From Zootoca vivipara (Eukaryota): a stretch of 64,000 nt of DNA. A program made the translations under genes and the position numbers. Positions 1 through 12,400 of this stretch are shown piece by piece. The notes beneath the pieces are model-generated. The model saw only the letters and a program-made list of their open reading frames with translations. It was not told the DNA's origin and did not search any database. The stretch lies in assembly GCF_963506605.1 (NCBI RefSeq), contig NC_083292.1, positions 40,920,001 to 40,984,000 on the forward strand, read 5' to 3'. Each line of letters starts with the position of its first letter. Positions within the stretch are counted from its first letter, which is position 1.

Positions 1-213
1 GCAGATACCATTCTTGGAAAAAACGGGAAGCATGTTCTGTACAAATATCTCTGTGCTTGCGACACTGAAATAAAGCACTCCAATCCATGTCCACCCAAAA
101 TGCAGCAGTAATTGGAGAAGAGCCTTGTGTTGATTGAATGCACTTGGAAACATCCAGTACTCAAACGCAGCTTGGGGGTTGCTGTTGGTTTCTGGAGCGG
201 AGCTATAGGTGAG
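1..213 (-). CDS. V2R: V2R gene A exon 3 (partial, Venus flytrap domain)
   Basis: Acceptor AG at 215-214; LTYSSAPETNSNPQAAFEYWMFPSAFNQHKALLQLLLHFGWTWIGVLYF. Confidence 0.92.
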
Positions 214-2328
214 CTGAAGAAAATCAAGAACAACGAGAAGAGTGGAAAAGGTATTTTCAAAATAATAATAATATTGAAATATCATTTTGCAAATTTGTTC
301 TTTTTCTGGCTATGTACACATTAGTGGTTTGAAAAAGCAGCGAAGTCAGTTCTCCTTGCTGTGTTTTGAGCAGCATTTTAATGTTGCTGTACAGATAAAA
401 GAGAGGGGGGTGTCTTCCCCTGGTCTCCATTACCTGATTTTCCACACTAAATATAGTGATACATTTGCCAAAATGTAATGCTTATTTCCAATCATCCATT
501 GAGGTCATAAACAGATTTAATATTTGATGGCTACGGTACTTATTAAGCAGAAGGACTAACATATGACTATGTCACTAAGGGGCCATCTTTTTTAAAAAAG
601 AAAGAAAGAAAGAAAGAAAGTTGATGCAGAGGACTCCCCCCCCCCCATGGATTGGCAGTAAAGATTCCACAATTATGTTTGACCTACATTCCTGCCTGAC
701 TCTCTAGCACTGCTTCTGCATTTCTCAATCATCTGAGGTATTTAAGGAGAGGTGGGTGTCCACATGCCAGGAATGCTGTGGGTTATTGCAGTGAACAGGG
801 AGTTGGACTAATAGAGGTCATAAAAGGAATATTAGGAAGAAGAGGAGGAGGAGGAGGAGGAGGAGGAGGAGGAGGAGGAGGAGGAGGAGGAGTTTGGACT
901 TGATATCCCACCTTTCACTACCCTAAGAGGTCTCAAACCACTCACAATCTCATTTCCCTTCCTCCCCCACAACAAGAACTCTGTGACATGAATGAGGCTG
1001 AGAGACCTCAGAGAAGTGTGACTAGCCGAAGGTCACCCAGCAGCTGCATGTGGAGGAGCGGAGACATGAACACTGGCAGTTTGGAACTGCACATGAAGTC
1101 AACTTAAGGATTATTTTCCCTTGGTCTATATTTGTTCCTTAAGCAGCATGCAGCCTGAAACCCTATGATACTCCTCTTCCTGCACCCACCCCAGATTTAT
1201 AAACTCCCAGGTCCTTGGGTAGCCAACTTACACGTGGAATCTTATAGTTGTTCAGAATGACTGCCATGTGGAGACAGACATTAGAGTCAGGTCCCCCAAT
1301 GACCGCTGCCAAACTGTTCTGGGGTTCACATTTGTAGTTATGGATAAATCTTCCCCGTGTGCAGAGAACTTCCATAGAGGCTTGAAGTGTAGATATTGGT
1401 TGGAAATAGTTCTCATAGATGTTGAAACCCAGGGTGAAATTGGGTAAGAGATGAGTGTTGCAATTTATCCCCCTAACAGCAAATACAAAGGCCAGGATGT
1501 TCTGGTAATTCTGAGTCAGAAACCTACAAAGGAAGTTTGATTATTTTTAAAGACTGCTTTCCACTTCTATGATAAATATCAAGGTGGTCACATCATGAAA
1601 ATACAAGACAATATCTAGTGGAGTGAGAGACAATGCTGATCATATTCAGAATGGATCCATTGGAATAAACAGATACTCATTTCAAAGGGTCTCCGCTCAG
1701 TATGATTTAGTTGGCCGTCACCTATGATCAAGAAAATCCAGGTGTCATTGGTTTTTTTAAAAAATCAGGGCAAAAGATACCTCAAGATCACATGATCAAC
1801 AACAGGAACTGATAATAGTGGCCATGAAAACTAAGAAATAAGTGCATTTCTAACATCAAGTGAAAGCTATCTAAAGTCCATAGCAGCCCAGGTGCCTTCT
1901 AAACATGTCATGGGGGTAGCACATGTTCTGACAAGAGTCTCTCAGCCGTGTGCAGCAAGTTCAAGAAATTAAACAGAGCTTACTGTAATGTAAATCTGAG
2001 AAATAATGCCAGCATCAGTGAGGTCTCATGATTGATCATACTTACAAATAACAGGATTGAGCTTAGCAATTGTACACTCAACATCAGAAATCATCCACAT
2101 GGTTAGTGAGAGAAGTAATGTTACAGAATATCTGCATTTATTATTACTTTTAATACTAATATTGTCATCTACTCCACCACAGCAAATAAGAACATACCAA
2201 AAGGTAGCGGTAGAGGCAGAATGCCTTTCTAAAAAGGAAGTAAGGAATGCAGTCAGGTCATCCCCCTATTGAAGCTACAGCTCATCCTCATAGAAACATC
2301 CTGAGATTATTATCTGAAAAGATTTTCA

Positions 2329-2379
<51 letters not shown>

Positions 2380-2624
2380 CATCATCATCAAAACCTAGCT
2401 CCGTACATGAGCTCATCAACTACGTCCTGAGAAGGATGTTTTGTGAATGTTATCTGGTAAGAAGATCTGTAGATCTGTGAAATAATGCACCCAAGGATGA
2501 GATCACCTGAGTGATAATAGTTGTGAAGAGTAGGAGCATGCTCATCCCTGCAAGATTTAAGAACAGGAAGTCTGCAACCAGCTTGAGGCAGCCACACTAA
2601 TGCCAGTATTCCAAATAGAATCAT
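1..2624 (-). CDS. V2R: V2R gene A, 5' part (exons 1, 2 and start of exon 3); the rest lies left of the window
   Basis: Exons 2407-2624 (signal peptide MILFGILALVWLPQ..SGDLILG), 1232-1523 (QNILAFVFAV..LLPNFTLGF..VIGGPDS..KIPR) and 1-213 (LTYSSAP..LLLHFGWTWIG). GT-AG sites and compatible phases; exons 1 and 2 are 218 and 292 nt, as in the paralogs. Confidence 0.93.
836..1072 (-). mobile_element. 5'-truncated Squam3-like SINE with (CTC)n tail
   Basis: CACATGCAGCTGCTGGGTGACCTT..GATATCAAGTCCAAACTC on the - strand, recognised from memory of the family; GAG microsatellite at 840-892. Confidence 0.65.
1232..1523 (-). CDS. V2R: V2R gene A exon 2
   Basis: 292 nt, open frame, AG/GTAAGT boundaries. Confidence 0.93.
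2330..2390. repeat. (TTA)n(TCA)n microsatellite
   Basis: Direct reading. Confidence 0.95.
2407..2624 (-). CDS. V2R: V2R gene A exon 1 (signal peptide)
   Basis: 218 nt from ATG at 2624; donor GTACGG at the position homologous to the paralogs' donor. Confidence 0.88.
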
Positions 2625-2844
2625 CTTTGGTGATAACCATCCAGTAAGAAACCATTTTATCAGTTCCCACATTATCATTTGAGTGCCTATTAGTTTCCTC
2701 ATCTGAGCCGAATAATCACTCAGTCAGCTGAGCTCGAAAGCTGGGACTTTCAAGAGTGCAGTTTATTAGCACTCAGACCGATTGCACAGCAGGTGTTAAT
2801 ATCTAGCTTGAGTCAGAATTTACTATTTTGCTAGTGGCCAATAG

Positions 2845-2913
2845 AATTCCCCATGATATTTGCAGAAGCGGTTGTAATCACAGTTGATTTGAGAATTACT
2901 GGGGAGTTAATCA
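2845..2913 (-). promoter_or_regulatory. Conserved V2R upstream module (gene A)
   Basis: AATTCCCCATGA..TAATCACAGTTGATTTGAGAATTACTGGGGAGTTAATCA, ~220-290 bp upstream of the ATG; homologous to the copies at the other four genes. Confidence 0.65.
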
Positions 2914-3691
2914 CATGTTTAGCATTTACTGTGGAGGTGCAGAAGAACATTTCCCCCCTGACATATCAGCAGAGGTCAGTAGGCTTCACAGCCCTCCCCG
3001 GTGAGGCAACAATAAGCTCCAAAGCCACTAAAGGCCACTAAAAAAGAGTAGCATTGAGAAACAAGCAAAGACTAACATACCACCCTATACCCGGGGGTCT
3101 CAGAGCAGTTGAGAGAATATCAGGGTGGTTCACAGAATAATCTGGCATCAAATGGTAATGGTACCTTAAAAAGTATTCATTTCCTAATCTCAGCCCATGG
3201 GCCCATAAGATAATAGGAACCATTGCATTTTCTCTGGTATTCAGGGACCAAGAAAAGGAGACTTATTCCATAGATACATAGGCCAACCATTAAATTATGT
3301 TAGTGACTAAATCCTGCTGTTGATCTTTTTAAATATATATATATATATTTATTATATAGTAACATTCACATCACCATCATTATTTTCCTTAAGACAGATG
3401 TTTTTAAAACATTTAAAAGCCCTTTTGTGGGTGGGAGAACAATCCTGCTTTTCTTTCATGACACTAGACTTATTCTGGTGGTTGTAAAAATTACGTTATG
3501 ACAGACCCAATCCTGAGATGTCAAAACACCAGGCCTGGTAGAGAGGCAGTTTTCTAATTTAGTTGGGGTGTGTGGATAGTTCCAGCCAAAAATCTGGGGA
3601 GCCTTCTCGCCCTAGGTCAAGCTTTTTTCACCAATCCTTTTTCTCCACTCAAATGTGGATGAACACAAGGCATGCCAAACACGTTGTCTTG

Positions 3692-3878
3692 CAGGTAGGT
3701 AGCCGTGTTGGTCTGACGTAGTCAAAACAAAAATTAAAAAATCCTTCCAGTAGCACCTTGCAGACCAACTAAGTTTGTCATAGGTATGAGCTTTCGTGTG
3801 CATGCTAAGGTGCTGCTAGAAGGAATTTTTTATTTTGTTTCGACTATGTCAGACCAACACGGCTACCTACCTGTAACT
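3692..3878. mobile_element. Penelope-like element terminal-repeat palindrome (ribozyme core truncated)
   Basis: Inverted arms GTAGGTAGCCGTGTTGGTCTGAC..GTCAGACCAACACGGCTACCTAC; same family as 38060, 45857, 54325 and 58221. Confidence 0.7.
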
Positions 3879-4320
3879 GAAACATTGATAAAGATGTTGA
3901 ATAAGACTGGGCCCAAGACAGAACCCTGTGGCACCCCACTAGTCACTACTCTCCAGGATGAGGAGGAGCCATTGATGAGCACCCTTTGGGTTCAGTCAGC
4001 CAGCCAGTTACAAATCCACTGAATGGTAGCATTGTCTACCCCACATTTTACCAGCTTCTTTACCAGAATATCATGGGGCACCTTGTCAAAGGCCTGGCTA
4101 AATTCAAGATAGGCTATATCCACAGCATTCCCTTCATCTACCAGGCTTGTAATTCTGTCAAAAAATGAGACCAGATTAGTCTGACATGACCTATTTTTCA
4201 GAAACCCATGCTGACTTTTAGTGATCACAGCGTTCCTTTCTAGGTGCTCACAGACCGTTTGCTTAATGATCTGCTCTAGAATCTTTCCTGGTATTGATGT
4301 CAGGCTGACTGGGTGGTAAT
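3879..4320 (-). mobile_element. CR1 LINE reverse transcriptase fragment
   Basis: [41 protein letters not shown]. Confidence 0.9.
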
Positions 4321-5195
4321 TTTTCTCTACTCAAATGTTTTTTCTCCACTCAAATGTGGATGAACACAAGACATGCCAAACACCTTGTCTTGAACTGCAG
4401 GCCCAAAGGAGGGTTTGACGGGGGGAGGAACCATGAGAATGGCCAGATCCAATGCTTTATTAAATAAAGGTGTAAACAGACATCAAAGCGTGCAGAGTCA
4501 CACAGTTCTTAAAGACATGGGACAAGAATTATGGAATATTATGCCAATATGTGATCACAAGTGGAGAGAATTGTGGACACAGATGGGAGAATTTGCTATT
4601 ATTCGGTATGGAGAAATGGCAGAGGGAATTAATGAAGTAAATTTGATACGTAGGAAAAAACACGGTTGACCTTTACCAATAATAATAATAATTTGGGATC
4701 CCCTCTTGGACTTTTCATGGGAGAAAGAAATGAATGACTTTGAGACACTTTGACTTAAAAGAAATATTCTTTAACAGAAAGTAGATAAGATGGTGTTATC
4801 TGGACTGAATGTCTTAATCCCTCACACACACACTTTTTATGTAACCAGCAGATGGAAAATCATTAAGTCCTTTTTCTTTTTCTTAATTGTTTCTTTTCTT
4901 TTCTCAATAATTTCTCTTCTTTCTTTCCCGTCTTCTTTCTGCTTCCTTCTCTTCCTCTTCTTGTTTCCTCTCCTTCTTTTTTTGCTTTTTTGTTGTCTCT
5001 CTCTTTCATTTTCTTCTCATGATTGGGGCTGCAATAGTAGTGTAACTTAGCTGAGGATAAGTATATTTGGTTGGGATTGCATTGTGAGTTTCATGGATGA
5101 CAAGGTAGGTATTTAGCGATGGCTAAATTTCCATGGCTTACAATGTGATTAAATGATGAATAACGTTAGTTGGGTTGAGTACCACATTACAATCA

Positions 5196-6097
5196 TTATT
5201 TTCTCCTCTGTATTAGCTGCTCTCTGCTGTTCAACTCAGGCCTAACCATAATTATATAGCTTTTTGGGAAAAAGATACAAACCAGTAAGCCTGCACTGGA
5301 GGACAAGATCGAGAAGATCTCTACAGCCACCATGTATTTGCCCTTAGTACTCAAGTAGGTTGGAACAAAGGAGAGCCACACACTGCAAAACACCAGCATG
5401 CTGAAGGTGATGAACTTGGCTTCATTGAAACTGTCAGGCAACTTCCTGGCTAGGAAAGCCACACTGAAGCTGACAATGGCTAGGAAGCCCAAAAAGCCCA
5501 GCACAGAGTAGAACATGAGAGGTGAACCTTCACTACATTGCAGTACAATTGCATCAGGCATTGTGTGCATGTCCAAATATGGGGATGGAGGAGAAGTTGA
5601 CAACCACACAGTACAAATAATGGCTTGAATCAGGCAGCAGGAAAGAACAATTGAGGTGGCCAGGTGTTTCCCCACCCATTTTCTCATTTTAGACCCTGGC
5701 TTGGTGGCCCGGAAAGCTATGACAACAATGATGGTTTTAGCCAGCACACTTGATACAGCCACAGTAAATATGAAGCCAAAAGCAAGTTGTTGGAGGAAGC
5801 AGGTTTCCTTCTCAGGTTGGCCAATGAATAGCAAAGCACAAAGGAAGGAGATCAAGAGGGAGATGAGGAGAGTGTAGGTGAGGCTCCGGTTGTTGGCTTT
5901 GACTATGGGAGTGTCCCTGTGCATAATGAAGATTCCCAGCACCAGAGCTGTGATGAAAGACAAAGAAAGAGCAAGAAGAGCCAAACCGAGGCCCAATGTT
6001 TCTTCATAAGACAAGAAAGTTATATATTTTGGAAGGCATGAATCCTGGTCATTGTTTGGATACTGTCCATCTGGACATTGAAAGCAGGCAACCATGT
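5196..6097 (-). CDS. V2R: V2R gene B exon 6 (7TM)
   Basis: ORF 5196-6095 plus acceptor AG at 6099-6098. Confidence 0.96.
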
Positions 6098-6418
6098 CTG
6101 AAAAAAGAAAATGTAGTTTTCAAAACACGTTTCATTTTGTTATACATGCTCTGATATCGGAAAAACCCAAATGAAGGCAAAAAAGGTCAAAACATGAAAG
6201 AAAGTCTTGCACCTAAATGCTCAGAGCTCAGTGGCACAGGAAAATGCCAATGCTGCTTTTTGTCCAGGGGTGCAATGCCTCTGCTGCCATCTTGCCTGAA
6301 TGTATATATCAAAATATTTGTTTGGTTTTAGTCAAGTGGTATAATATACTGCCCTGTTTAGGGAGGCTTTTAATGTTTAATAGATTATTTTATTTCATGG
6401 GCGGGGTATAAATAATAA

Positions 6419-6462
<44 letters not shown>

Positions 6463-9400
6463 ATCAGTCTGTATTCCCTTGTCAACGATCACCATCAAAC
6501 TGAAATGATTTATAGAGGAAAGAATCATTCTGTTTGTATTGTCAATTGTAATTCAGATTTGTTAAGTATAATTGGTTTCATTCACACTAAAATGGGACTG
6601 CCTGTTTGTATTGGTGAAAGGGCTTAACTCGAGGATTCCATTGAAGCTAAAGGCGTGCAACAGGAGCTCACCCCGTTGTGTGCAATCGAACACCAATCCC
6701 TTGAAACTAAAGAACAGCAAGAAGAGCTCTCTCTGTGATTTAACCAAGTTGATAATTAACTGGTTGTTGTTCTCTAGCAGTTAACATGTGAGTGAATAAC
6801 ATTAAATCAGGTGATAAGGGTTTTTGGTTGAAAATCTCCATTTTGAAAGGAGTTACCTTTGCATTTCTTTGTTTTCAAACTTTGTGGAGTGAGGATGTAA
6901 ATGAAGGTCTCCAAGTAAGTACCTCCAGGCTAAAGCGGCTGGATGGCAGGCAGTGAAGCCTGTGTGTGAGTGTGTGCGAGAGAGCTGTTTGCCAGCTTTG
7001 AATATAAATTAAAGTTATTTCTAAGCTGGACAGCACAAGGTATTGTGAGGATATTTTTTTATGTATCATTGATGTTTTTGTTTTGTTTTTGAAGAACGTT
7101 CTGCAAGTAAACTTTTTAATTAAACATATGGGCCTTGACAACATTTTTATTCCAAAAGGACTCTGTTTTCATGTATCTAAACTGTTCAATATTAGCATCA
7201 CCAATAAAAATTGCCTATTCATTCTTCATGAAATAATACAATAACTGAAAACACTGCTAACCATTATAGTTCACTTTTTTCTGAGCTTTGTTATAGAGTT
7301 CAAATCCAAAAATCAGTATGAAAATATATGGAAAACTGAACTACAAACATTTTTTAGCATCGTTAGATAAATGAGTTTCAGCCTGATATGCATCCAGTGG
7401 ACTACATGCTATACTTCTGAGAACTTTATACATTATCATGATTACCCTTCTGGTTGGAGATCTTTCCTTCTGGACATGGAAGACAATCATAGCAGCAAGA
7501 TGGCTTCCCCTCCTTCTTGCCCTTTCTATAACCTGGATGACAATTGTCATTGCACAGAGAAATGGGACGCGACTGTCAATAAAGGAAAGCACAGAATATT
7601 TTAACATTCAAAAAATAGATTTAGATAGTTTGTATCATATAGTTTAATCTACAGCTGAGAACGAGGTTGAGGTTGGCATGGCATAATAAATTTGCTTGAG
7701 TCTTAGGAGTTGCTTTCTATGCAGTATGACTGATTGAACTTCCACCTTGGTTGGTTGATAAATGAGCCTCATCTAGCTGACATGAGAAAGAGGCAAAGTT
7801 GGTTCCAATTCTGAAGAATAAGCCATTTTTAAAACTTTGGGGAAATAATGGGAACCATCTGAAAAGTTTTGTGGACCCTTACCTGGTTATAGATATTGGG
7901 CCATACAATGGCATCCTCAACAATAGTGAATGTTTGAGGAGCATCTGGGTCTATGTTTCCAACTCTGACTCTAAGAAAAGATTGATTTGGGAATGTGACC
8001 CAATTTATAATATCAAATCCAGCTTGTAAGGCCCCCTTTCGATCAAATGAAACCTTTTCCCCAGCACTGTTGTTAAATGAAACATTTCGTAGAAAACATT
8101 GGAGCTAAAGGGAAGAGAGAGAGAGAGAGAGAGATCTTAAGAGAGATGCAAGGCAAGAATACAACACACTTCAAACTAGGATCAATGGGCTCTTTAAATG
8201 ATCAGTGCAGGATGTGGCTGTTGTCTTTGTCCATGGAGTTTTCTTGGCAGGGATACTGGAGTGGCTTGCCAATTCCTTCTCCAGGTGGATCACGTTTGGT
8301 CAGAACATAACTTCTCCAAGTTATTTAAGCCCCTTCGCCACGACAAGGCAGTGATCCATGAAGCAGAAGACATCAAGAAGAGCTGGCAAGAATACACAGA
8401 GGAATTATACCAGAAAGATATGGAGGTCTCGTACACCTCAGGTAGTGTGGTTGCTGACCTTGAGCCAGACATCTTGGAGAGTGAAGTCAAATGGGCCTTA
8501 GAAAGCATTGCTAATAACAAGGCCCGTGGAAGTGATGATATTCCAGCTGAACTATTTAAAATTTTAAAAGATGATGCTGTTAAGGTGCTACACCCAATAT
8601 GCCAGCAAGTATGGAAAACTCAGCAATGGCCAGAGGATTGGAGAAGATCAGTCTACATCCCAATTCCAAAGAAGGGCAGTGCCAAAGAATGCTCCAACTA
8701 CCACACAATTGCGCTCATTTCACATGCTAGCAAGGTTATGCTTAAAATTCTACAAGGCAGGCTTAGGCAGTATGTGGACTGAAAACTCCCAGAAGTGCGA
8801 GCTGGATTTCGAAAGGGCAGGGGAACCAGAGACCAAATAGCAAACATGCGCTGGATTATGGAGAAAGCTAGAGAGTTCCAGAAAAACGTCTACTTCTGCT
8901 TCATTGACTATGCAAAAGCCTTTGACTGTGTCGACCACAGCAAACTATAGCAAGTTCTTAAAGAAATGGGAGTGCCTGATCACCTCATCTGTCTCCTGAG
9001 AAATCTCTATGTGGGACAAGAAGCTACAGTTAGAACTGGATATGGAACAACTGATTGGTTCAAAATTGGGAAAGGAGTACGACAAGGTTGTATAGTGTCT
9101 CCCTGCTTATTTAACTTATATGCAGAATTCATCATGCGAAAGGCTGGACTAAATGAATCCCAAACTGGAATTAAGATTGCCGGAAGAAATATCAACAACC
9201 TCAGATATGCAGATGACACAACCTTGATGGCAGAAAGCGAAGAGGAATTACAGAACCTTTTAATGAGGGTGAAAGGGGAGAGCGCAAAATATGGTCTGAA
9301 GCTCAACATCAAAAAAACCAAGATCATGGCCACTGGTCCCATCACCTCCTGGCAAATAGAAGGGGAAGAAATGGAGGCAGTGAGAGATTTTACTTTCTTG

Positions 9401-12400
9401 GGCTCCTTGATCACTGCAGATGGTGACAACAGTCACGAAATTAAAAGACGCCTGCTTCTTGGGAGAAAAGCAATGACAAACCTATACAGCATCCTAAAAA
9501 GCAGGGACATCACCTTGCCGACAAAGGTCCGTATAGTTAAAGCTATGGTTTTCCCAGTAGTAATGTATGGAAGTGAGAGCTGGACCATAAAGAAGGCTGA
9601 TCGCCGAAGAATTGATGCTTTTGAATTATGGTGCTGGAGGAGACTCTTGAGAGTCCCATGGACTGCAAGAAGATCAAACCTATCCATTCTTAAGGAAATC
9701 AGCCCTGAGTGCTCCCTGGAAGGACAGATCGTGAAGCTGAGGCTCCAATACTTTGGCCACCTCATGAGAAGAGAAGAATCCTTGGAAAAGACCCTGATGT
9801 TGGGAAAGATTGAGGGCACAAGGAGAAGGGGACGACAGAGGATGAGATGTTTGGACAGTGTTCTCGAAGCTACCAACATGGGTCTGACCAAACTGCGGGA
9901 GGCGGTGCAAGACAGGAGTGCCTGGCGTGCTATGGTCCATGGGGTCACGAAGAGTCGGACACGACTAAACGACTAAACAACAACAACAGCAGGATGTGGC
10001 AGTTCATTGTTCCAAGCAGGAAGCCAGTGATGTTCTCCTCCACAGTACTATGAGCTCAAGCAGGGCAAACCCCCTTATTCCACGATGTTCTTTGTCTTCT
10101 GGAGGCTACTGAACATGCTTTGGTGTGTGGGGAGTTGCTTTCTTATACTATTAAAAATATGTGCTTTTCTGCATATTGTGGAGTTAACCAACATGAAAAA
10201 CAAACTTCGGCCACAGTGACATTAACCAAACAGTATGAAGGTGCAAAGACCAGCTTGCTCATTGGGCACTTATAACCCTCAAAATTGTCTCCTGCAACAT
10301 GACAGGCTGGTTCACTTGCCCGCCCAGGAGTCTGGATATCTATTTTACTGTGTTTACTGTGAACAAGAACACCAGAAAACAAGTTGAAAAATGGGTCCGT
10401 GAGAAACCATGTCTGCAGCTGCCCCAAACCCAGACTTGGCACAGAGAGTGACCACTCTTCTTTTACCTGCCATGGGAGTTCAGTGAGAAACTTCTTTCTC
10501 TGTCCTCTCTGTCCTCTCTGTCCTCCGGCAATTGCTTTCTTTTTGGACTTGGACAAATCCATGGATTGCAGGGCATGGACCATAGCATAAACAGCCAGGT
10601 AGATGTTGTAACTGTGAGCAGTTGCACTCATTTCAAAAACGGATGCTGGAAGAGTGTCTAGCTTCTCCTTCCCTGTGCAGAATTCCTCATTTGCCATGTC
10701 TACCTTGGTGTCAGGGAGAAGACAGGTAAATGTATGCTCCCAGAATACTCTCAGAAATTTGTCTTCTTTTTCTGAAATGGGGTTCCTGTTCTGAATAAAT
10801 TTATGGAATCCTAACACCCCTTTAAAGTGAACTGCAAAAGATAGAGCACCATGGATGAAGTCTATGTCCCACTGTCTTTGCAAAGGAAATGAAGTGAAAT
10901 CCATTTGAGCTGTCATAACCAGGAGTTTTGCATTCTTTTGGCCACTACTGAATTTCCAAACCTCGATCAATATTCTCAAGATTAGCATGGTCTGAATTTC
11001 ACCATGCACAACCACCACACTGACAGTGCTCGCCATGATTCCCACAGCCATGTTTATCCCCTTGCCCACAATTACACCAAAAGCACTGGAGGATCCTTGT
11101 TTCGGTAAACGTTCTATGAAGGCAAAGCAGATGCCTCTTTGGGAGAAGCTGGGAAGCACATTCTGCACAAACCTCTCTCCGTTGTCATCATCCAGATAAA
11201 CTACCCCAATCCATGTCCACCTGAAATGAAGAAGTAACTGGAGAATCCCCATATATTGGTGAGCCCCATTTGGGAACATCTGTTGGATGAAAGCACCTTG
11301 TTTTTCAGTATCCAGTGCTGGGGCGGAACCGTATGCAAGCTAAAGAAATATTAAAATAAAACAGTAAAGTTCTCATCATATTATCATGTTCTTGTAGGTT
11401 AATGTGTGCATATCCGGCAAAACAGCTACTACCAAAGCATAGTGCTTCTCACAAAGTATCACCTGAGAAGCATCAACCTTTTCTTTTGAACCTTCTGCCA
11501 ATCAAACCTCATCTTAAACTCTGATGGTACCATAGATCAATGCCAAAGGGGTTTGCTGCTCATGCAACAGGACTTTGTGTCTCTCTCGTCCTCTGTGTCG
11601 CCTCCAGCATGCCCCTTGGGTTGCGCAAAAAAGGCCCTTTAAGAATCCACCTGAGTGTGCTTCAGAAACAGGAGGGGATCCACCAGACTTGCAGCTAAGA
11701 CATGTCTGTGATCAGACCTGGCACCTCTTGGAACATACACAGCTGTCCCACCAACTTAAGGGCTATTGTTGGTAGTGACCCAAAGGTACAGACACTCACT
11801 GCCGTCAGAAGGCTGGGATGGGTTTTAAAAAAATAAAATTAAGATAAAGGTATATATAGGCTTTGAAACAGAAATCTCTGTTTATGCCAAATGGATCTGA
11901 GATAATGTAGACATTCTCCCTATAGTCAAGTTTTCCTGCAAGGCTTCCAGTGTGATTTCAGCCACATCCATTATAACCTCCAAACCACATCTAAAAAGCA
12001 AGAGAAGCAACCCGTAGTTTGCTCTTTGCGCATGAGCAAAGCTTACCTGTGGCATCTTGTAGTTGCTCAGGATGGTTGCCATATGGAGGCAGACATTGGA
12101 ATTAGGTCCCCCAATGACTGCTACAGGATTGCTACGGGTGTCACACTTGTAGTTTGGGATAAAATTTTCCTGAGTCGAGAGAAGTTCCATTGACGCTTGA
12201 TAGGTTCCACTTGCGCTGAACTGGCTATTATAGATCTGGAAGCCCAAAGTGATGTTGGGTAAGAGTCGAGGGTTTAAATTGATTTCGCTGACAGCAAATA
12301 CCAAAGCCATGATGTGCTGGTAGAGCTGGGTCAGTACCCTGTAAGGAGAGTTACATACCACAATATGGTTCATCTGCTTCAGATTATATTGGGCACAATT

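Noticed and set aside
2401-2406. Gene A exon 1 donor GTACGG (paralogs GTAAGG) as a pseudogenising lesion
   Set aside because: The GT is intact and the visible exons are open; insufficient evidence.
8966-9976. Active or domesticated reverse transcriptase gene
   Set aside because: Two upstream in-frame stops and a missing endonuclease domain; a dead Bov-B copy.
10143-10466. Long open read-through after the exon 3 donors of genes B and E (also 44482-44721) as secreted isoforms
   Set aside because: No protein motif; in E the extension is MITE sequence; good donors are present.
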